A stretch of 64,000 nt of DNA from Cyanophora paradoxa CCMP329 (Eukaryota > Plantae > Glaucophyta): the NCBI GenBank assembly GCA_004431415.1, contig QPMI01000179.1, positions 1 through 64,000 on the forward strand. Reading direction: 5' to 3'. Shown here piece by piece: positions 56,587 to 64,000 of the stretch. Every line of letters begins with the position of its first letter. Position 1 is the first letter of the stretch. The notes under the pieces were generated by a model. It had not been told where the DNA came from. It saw only the letters and a list, made by a program, of their open reading frames with translations, and searched no databases. The translations under genes and the position numbers were made by a program.

Positions 56587-58836
56587 TCTCCCAAACTGCG
56601 ACGATCCGAGGCGGCTCACCCATCCCGGCGGTCTGGACCTCTTTAGCCACGTGCTCGCGTGTCGCTGGCCCAATGCTGTGCTAGGCAGGCGCACCCGAGG
56701 CCACCGCCAATCGGGAGGCTGCGTCGGTCCGCTCGCTCACGCAGCGCCCGGCCTGTCCAGAGTCAGAGAGCACTGCGTGAGCATCTTAAGGGACGCGCTA
56801 TGCGCCCAAACATGCGAGAGAGCTCCGCCGGCGACCAGTACCGCATCCGCGGCCGGCCGCGCCAGCCTGCACCTCTACCCTCCAAATCGACCACGGGGCT
56901 GTCTGGTAGAGATACTGCGCAAAGAACCCGGCCAGCACGGCGAAGTCGCCCAGCGCGGGGTTGCGCGCCGGGTCGATCTAGCTGTGGATCGGCGCGGCGC
57001 AGGGACGACACCACGGGGGGAGCTGGCCCCCCAGTTACCAGCTCGTGTGCTTGTAGCTGCCTCGTGCTGCTTGGTGCGAGCACCTGCGAAGGTGCCGCAG
57101 CGGGAGGCGCCGCACCGCCTGCGCCTGGGGCAAACGAGGGCCGCAAGAGCTATTGGCATTCGCTTCTGGCGTCCTCGAAAAGCTGTACTACGGCACGGCC
57201 GCCGCCGCGGCCCTGCTGCTGTGGGCCTCACAAGGCTTTTTCCAACAGTCGTGTACCCCAAACTTGCTGCCTTCAAGTGCCTTCAAGTGCCCAAATTCCT
57301 TGCTGCCAGCTGCAGCCTCGAAGGAAGGCCGCCTCGCGGACGCGCTTCACTCTCACAGCGGCTCGGTTCGTTGGCTCCTCCGGGGTCTCGCAGGGCTGCC
57401 CGCGTCTCTGATTCCGCTTTTCAAACCAGGTCAAACGGACTTGCTGCCACCGCAGCGAACTTGCATCCTTTCTCGCATCCTTTCGCGCCTCTCGCCGCCT
57501 GCCGCCCGCCTGATTTCAAACGCAGAGCGTTGCTTCAGGGCGGCTGGCGCCCGGTTGCTGCCACAAACACTTGCGAACGCATCGCTGTCAACCTTCTTGT
57601 TGCCTTTGTTGTCCATTCCTCCCGCGGCTGTCGCCGATGGACGTTCTGCCGCTGACAGGCACGCGCGGAACGTAGGCGGCAGCTGTGGAGGTGAAGCAAG
57701 GTGCTTTTCATTTCCTCTCCTTTGATTCAATCCCTCACTCCGCTGGCGGGCCAGGGAGCGGGTGTCACTGGTCCCCGCGAGCAGAAGACCACCGCCCAGT
57801 TTGCCCGGCGCCTTCTTCTGCAGGCCAGGTGCTCGCTCTTGTATCTGCTGATCGCGCTTTGATCTTTTTGTAACTTGGCGGCGTGCTCAGTGCAGCGCGT
57901 GCCGCTCTCCGGACGTGTGGCTGCTGGCGCTTTCGAATTCATGCTTGCTGCTGCCCGGGCGCTGGTGCGGTTGTTTGTCGGCGCGCATTTTTCTTGTCTT
58001 TCAATTGACGCTACGAGCGCAGCAAGCGCTTGGCCCCCGCCCGTGCTGCCCCTCCCGCACCCCCGGCCTGCCTGCCGCGCGCCCCGCCGCAGGAGCGAGC
58101 GCAGGGCCGCCCTGTCGCGTCCCGGCCGCGAGAGAACGTGCCGACAACGCCGCCGCCGGCCGACGCCCAGCCTGCCCACCCGCCCCCCCACCCGCCCGCC
58201 ACACACCCTGCCGCAGGAGCGAGCACTGGGCCGCCCATTGCGCTCTGGCCGCGGGGGACGTGCCGACAACGCCGCCGACGCCGCCGGCCGACGCCCAGCC
58301 CGCCCGTGCTGCCCGCCCGCGCCCCCCACCCACCCACCCGTGCTCCCAGCGGGCGGTCTCAGGAGAGGCGGGGCGAGTGGCGGCGGCAGGGCGGACGGCG
58401 GGCGGCTTGCGGGGCCGGGCCCGGGGGGACGCCGCAAGCAGACAGCTAGGGCCGGGAATGACTTTGCCGGTGCACCGATTGACATGCTTGATGAGGGTGT
58501 CAAGCTTCTTTAGGCGGTGTCTATATCTGCACTTTCGGGGTATTGCAATACCTTCGACAGATTCCGTGACAGAATCAGTCGATAAAATTCGACAGAATCT
58601 GTCGACAATTCTGTCGCAGAATCAGTCGATCGAGAGAGTTGGTCGATCGACTGATTTTGTCGACCGATTCTGTCGCAGAGTCAGTCGATAAAATTCAACT
58701 GATTCGGTCGACCGATTCTGGCGCAGAATCAGTCGATCGACAGAGTTGGTCGATCGACTGATGTTGTCGACCGATTCTGTCGCAGAGTCAGTCGATAAAA
58801 TTCGACTGATTCGGTCTGACGGGTTGCGGCCAGAAA

Positions 58837-58999
58837 TGATCAAAGAACACTTAGGAGAACATGTTTACCCGTCATTTGCAAGAGTCTCGTGTATTTATTC
58901 CAGAAGCCAGTACAAGCCCCCAACTGACTACCACACACAAGGCACAGGGCTATCCTACGAGGGGGAATTTGGGTTCGAGTTTGGGTTCGAGATACAACA
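58837..58999 (-). mobile_element. 3' LTR (mirror of 52844-53006)
   Basis: Reverse-complement match. Confidence 0.75.
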
Positions 59000-59041
59000 T
59001 TTCGCTCCGTAGTTGAGAGGGCCACGACCTCGCTGGCCAAC

Positions 59042-62000
59042 TCAATCACGCTCAACGTAGGGGATGAGACGATCAGCGTGAACCGTAACCTTGTCACCGG
59101 TAGAATAGCCAAGCTTGTTGTCACCACCAACAAATCGAACCACATAGGACACACCTTGTCCACGAGAGGCATCAGCAACGATCTCCCAAGGACCAGTGAA
59201 CTTGGGGTCCATCTTGCGCAAACGAGTCGAAGGGTCTTGACACAAACCAGTTCACCTTGAACGAACAACGGGTCACCCGAGGGTGAGTCAGCTTGCCCTT
59301 GCGCATCCTGTCGAGCTTGCCGAACCAGATTAGCCTCGGAGTAGATAAGCGAGAACCGACGACCAAGTTCAGCAGCGTGAGTAGAGGCAGAGTTGCCGAC
59401 AGTGATATCAGGTTGAAGCAACAAATCAGTAGGAAACGTACACTGTCGACCGTACAACATCTCGAAAGTTGTGAATCCAGTCGAAGGATTCTTGAAGTTG
59501 CGAATCGCAAACAAGGCGAAAGGAATGAACAAGTCCCATTGCTTCTCGTTCTGTTCCGCATAGAAACGAAGGCGAGTGACGAGAACATCGTTGAACTTTT
59601 CCACCAGACCCTGCGATTGGGGATGATATGGAGCAGCGAAAACATGTTTTATTCTGAAGATCCGTTCCAACTCTTGCAGAATGAGATTATCGAATTCTCC
59701 GCCACGATCAGAAGAGATTTTGCGAGGAACTTCATGTTCAGGAATCCAATGTTCGAAAAGTGCGCGAACAGCGACAGTGGCCGACTTGGACCGTGCAGGC
59801 ACTGCGGTGCCCCATCGAGTAAAAACATCGACAATTGTCACCACGTACTTATTACCACCACTTGATTTGGGAAATGGTCCAACGATGTCGATCTCGATAT
59901 GTTGCATAGGAGCATCAGCAACCACAGGTACAGTCGGAAGATTTGAAGAGGTTGGCTTCGGTTTAATCAACTGACACTTGTGGCGGCTCCGAACGTAATC
60001 ATAGACATAGCGATGCAAATTCTTCCAATAGTAACGAGATGAGACAAGATCGATCAACTTGGTCACTCCAGGATGTCCGAAATTGTCGTGAAGAGCTCGA
60101 AGAACCTGTTGAGTCATGGAGTACGGAACAACGACTTGAAGAGAATCAGATCCAGTTCGTTGGCGACAAAGAACATCACACTTCAGTACGAATTTCCCAC
60201 TCTTGAGAGTTCGCTCCACTGACTTGTCCACGCCCTCAGGAAGGACAAGCACATCATCTTCAAGATACCTGATCATGGTGTTGAGCAACGGATCCTCAAG
60301 TTGAGCAGATCTAATATCAGAAGCTGAAAGAGATAAGTCAAGCTCAACTGCATTCACAAGAATAGGGATGAGAATGATAGGAGAAATTAGAGACAACCCC
60401 TCAATCTTGGCAACAACTCGCTTCACAAGTCTCGAAAGTGCATCGGCATCAGCATTAAGGGTACCAGACTTGTGCGAAATTTCATAATTGTACTCCTGCA
60501 TTCCAAGAATCCAGCGGGCAATCCGAGCATTTGGGAACTCCTTATTCGACTTCATATACTTGAGAGCACTGTGATATGACTTGATGAAGAACTTGGGGCC
60601 TCTCAGATAATGTGAGAACTTTTTAGTCACAGCCCAGTAAACAGCATATAACTCCTGCTCAGTAACTGTCCACTTCTGTTGCTCATCTGATAACGGTTCA
60701 GCAGCATATGCAATAACAACCTCCTTGTTCCACTTGCGCTCAGCTGGGGTGAGTGTCTTAGAAGCAAACGAAATGATTCGCTCCTGACCATTGTCATCCA
60801 GTTGCGACAACACAGCACCAATGCCAGTTTTCGAAGCATCTGTTTTGAGGATAAAAGGCTTCTTGAAATCTGGATATGCAAGAATAGGAGAGGAACACAA
60901 TAACTCCTTGAGCTTCCGAAAAGCAAAGTCTTGTGATTCTCCCCATACAAACAAATTCTTGGATTTCAGCAAATCATATAATGGAGAAGCAATGATTGCA
61001 CATGAAGGTATGAAGATCCTGTAGTAATTCACTAGACCTAAGAAAGACCTGACTTCTGATACAGATGTTGGAGTCTTGAAATTCTTCACAGCCTGAACTT
61101 TGCTGTCACACGGCTTGATTCCTTCTCGGCAAACAACAAATCCAAGGTACTCAGCTTCGGCCTTGAAGAAACGACACTTGCGTGCTTTTAACCGCAGGTG
61201 AGCAGCAATCAGCTGATCAAAAACCCATTCAAGATGTTCGAAATGCTCCTTCAGACTCCTGGAAAAGACACATATATCATCAAGATAAACAAGAATAAAG
61301 ATGTAAAGGCTCCTAACACTCCATTCATCAACATCTGAAATGTTGCAGGGGCCGTTTTGAGGCTCTGAGGCATGACATTCCACTCATACAAACCAGTTGG
61401 TGTCCTAAAAGCTGTCTTCGGCCGGTCCTTCTCACTCATCTTGACATTCCAATATCCATCATCACAATCTGCAACCGAAATATATATGGATCCAGAAAGA
61501 GCTTCCAGAGCATCATCAATTCTTGGTAAGGGATATGCATCATCCTTGGTAACGCTGTTGAGCCTTCTGTAATCGATGCAGAAACGATAAGAGCCATCCT
61601 TCTTCCGCACAAGGACCACTGGAGCGGCCCAAGGGCTTCTAGAAGGACGAATTAAATTCCTGTCGATCAGCTTTTGAGTCTCTTGAACAATCTTTTGGCG
61701 CTGGTCAAAAGAGAGACGTCTTGGAGGTTCAGCAATCGGTTTTGCATCTCCAGTATCAATGTTATGCTCAATAGGAGGACCAGGTCTGGAATCATCATGT
61801 TTCCATTGACCCTCAGCAAATACTTCATGCTTTCTCGCCAAGAAATCCCACATAAGCTTCCTCTCATCAAGATTATCATCAGCTGAACCAACACTGCATG
61901 GAGAAATAAGGCTTGCAACATTATCACCAAATCGCTCCCGAATCTCCTTCAAAAACACTTCATGGACCGAAGATACTGGTATAGAACCTGATTGCGACAA

Positions 62001-62414
62001 GACAGAACTCTTTTTATCGCTATCTAATGAAGTCGAGTTATTTACAACAGAATCTGAAACTCTTTTACTTGAATCATCAAAAGAAGACTGGAGAACGGCT
62101 TCGGACGCAGTGACATCTACTGAATCAGGACCCTTGTACTCAGAAGTGTGCACAAAACTTCCTTTCCCAGATGAGTCATAATTCAGCACCAGGTTGACAT
62201 CACAGATTTCCGGCATGTTGTGGACAACTGATGTTTTACTCTTGCTTGGAACAAACCTGGCTAGCCGAGTACCTTCAGGTATTACTGCGGGTCCCCTGTC
62301 AGACCTTGGATCGAGATTGACAAGCAATACCTTGATACGTCCTCCACGAGAATGAGCTGGGCCACCTGCCACATGGACAAACTCATTCTCGTTCCATTCT
62401 CTAAAGTCATCAAT
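59042..62414 (-). mobile_element. pol: Gypsy pol (lineage A): dUTPase-like domain, RT, RNase H, IN; two frameshifts
   Basis: YLDD, KTDAS, IDIVGP, SSDRGGEF, FTGPW; frameshifts near 61305 and 59233. Confidence 0.96.
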
Positions 62415-62569
62415 GCAAGGGGGCGCTTCTAGATCTAGAGCTAGCTGCCAGCTGCTTTAGCTAGCGCGCGTGCCCGCTTAGCGCTAGCCTGCCTAAGTAG
62501 ATCTGTGCCGGCGCTGCCGTAGGCATGTTCAATATTAATTGATGAACGCATACACATTACTATTTGCAG

Positions 62570-63130
62570 CTGCGGCAGAGGTTGGGCGCCGTTCGGCTGT
62601 GGTTGATGATCCGCCAGAAGCCCGGTGGCCTGAAGGTCCCGTGGTCGTCCAGCATGGCGTCAACGCGGCGGGCGCAGAGCAAAACTTACAGGCAGCGCTA
62701 GCCGACAACACAAAAAAGCAATCTGAATCCGTGCACCACATGCCCCGACGCCCTAGGATGTAGTAGAAGAAGTACCATTCCTGTGCATCTTTTTCAATGT
62801 ACTCCTTCTCCCCCTCTTGCCCTCGCTCTCCGAAATGTTCTCGCCAGCGTACTCACAAACGAACTGCGCCAAAACGGCTCAGCCGGGTGGATTGGCCACA
62901 AGTGCACAGATCAATTCAAGCACCCGCCCCTCTTTGATAGGATCCAAGGCCCGCACCGCGTTGCCACGGCCGTCACTGGTCTTGAATATCTACATTTGAT
63001 GAGATAGCTTGCAAAGATGCAGCGCGCGCCGCTAACCTCAAGCCCCGCCGTCGTTGCCATGGCCGGCGTGAGCCGCCGCGAGGGCTCGATGGCTCTATCG
63101 AGCTGCTCCTTCGGAACTTTGAATTCCTGC
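62570..63130 (-). pseudogene. SET8/PR-Set7-like SET domain methyltransferase pseudogene with introns
   Basis: Introns 63036-62990, 62923-62864 and a third from 62736 give GLE|IFKTSDGRGNAVRALDPIKEGR|FVCEYAGENISESEGKR..EKEY...YFFYY...GMC VDAM...RIINHSRTAPNL. One-nt deletion, third acceptor apparently AG>CG, 3' truncated. Confidence 0.8.
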
Positions 63131-63217
63131 TGCCTGCTGGCGCGCCGCGTGCATCCGCCCCATGCTTGGAAAGTAACGATTCACGTACCCAGGCTTCGGC
63201 AAGTTGCCAAGCAGGCC

Positions 63218-63656
63218 ATGAGTGATTCGGACTACGAGGACATGCCAGAGCTCGTCGCCGACCCGCAACCAGCTGCAGCTAGCGCTAGCGCTACGTGACT
63301 GTGCCAGTTACTCGCCATCTATGTCCGGATCACGGACATCATGAGTTACGTGACTTGGCCCAGTGAGCTGGGCAACAAGGAGAGGAAGGAGATGAAGGGC
63401 AAACAGCAGCATGACGTGCGCGTGCGGATCGTGGAGGTGCCAACTCTCCAGGAAGAATGCAAGTGTGGCCACCCCGAGGACAGCGACAACTACTTTTGTG
63501 ACGCGTGCTTGGAGCTGTTTCGTGCCTCCAGCGAGGTCTCCCCGATCCGCCTGCACCCTTGTATCGGCGCGCGCCACGCCCTTTGCTGCACTCACGCTGG
63601 CGTGGCTTGGTCCGCAGGTGGAGATCAAGATGACCAATAAGGGCTGGGCCGCTTAG
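63218..63656 (+). pseudogene. Small Cys-rich spliced gene fragment (possible pre-SET/SET start)
   Basis: MSDSDYEDMPEL...*LCQLL...ECKCGH...FCDACLELFRASSE|VEIKMTNKGWAA*; 82-nt intron 63536-63617 with a branch-like ctcac and ccgcag. Confidence 0.35.
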
Positions 63657-64000
63657 CCGGCCTGTAGCGGCGCCCGGCCCTGCCGTACCCTTTAGCGGCG
63701 CGCCATAGCCTGTAGCGATGCCCGGCCCTGTGTCTGACTTGAGAGGACTCGCCAGGCTGAGATATGACGGCGGCACGCGCTGCGGGCGGAGGGGGGATCC
63801 GGAGGGTTGGCGGGCGGCGTCGAGGCGCCAGCTAGGCGGCACGCGGTGCGCGACGCGTTGCAGGAGGCGCACGCTGTGGGCGGGCAGAGGGGGCGGCGCG
63901 ACTCAAAGGCACTTGAAGGACAGAGCGCTAGCAGAGCTGAACTCGCCGCCCGCGGCCTCCCCCAGGAGGCCGCCCAACCCACCCTCGACCATCCGCCGCG

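Larger units (their letters stand above)
51399..62414. repeat. Large diverged inverted duplication: arms 51399-55431 and 56587-62414, spacer ~1.15 kb
   Basis: Arm ends match (gcagtttgggaga / tctcccaaactgc; attgatgactttag / ctaaagtcatcaat); each arm has private deletions. Confidence 0.95.

Noticed and set aside
53330-58500. Many overlapping GC-rich ORFs, including the 647-aa ORF at 55712
   Set aside because: Low stop frequency from high GC; the long ORF is a chimera of SatB, protease and the inverted arm.
53020-58823. Foldback transposon with multi-kb TIRs
   Set aside because: The inverted identity continues outward through the LTR and pol, so it belongs to a larger duplication.
1-64000. tRNA or rRNA genes
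   Set aside because: None recognised; only PBS motifs complementary to tRNA 3' ends.

Overview
Eukaryotic, repeat-dominated (pericentromere-like) DNA from an organism with short (~47-82 nt) GT-AG introns and GC3-rich host-type exons. The only plausibly intact cellular-type gene is an intronless GT-A glycosyltransferase (22165-23301). Contents: (i) three satellite families, SatA ~124 bp (1-9167, orientation switch at ~7455), SatB ~144-152 bp (many dispersed blocks) and SatC ~322 bp (permuted copies); (ii) many truncated, nested Ty3/gypsy LTR retrotransposon pieces in at least two lineages, mostly with very short LTRs; (iii) an 11-kb macrosatellite (30612-41841, ~1.3-kb unit, ~3.93-kb higher-order repeat) whose unit carries a spliceable gene model; (iv) fragments of a LINE endonuclease, a PIF1/Helitron-type helicase, a possible transposase and a SET8-like methyltransferase; (v) decayed virus-like fibre/C1q genes; (vi) a large diverged inverted duplication (51399-55431 vs 56587-62414). 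The strongest leads are a conserved YxxxxLL (eIF4E-binding-like) motif and AUG-less leaders in gypsy Gag, a fixed 20-aa RNase H duplication paired with a covarying hairpin and non-canonical PPT in the other gypsy lineage, ~40-bp retroposed inserts whose tail matches the target, and endogenous viral fibre genes. All protein family calls come from manual motif recognition, with no database searches.
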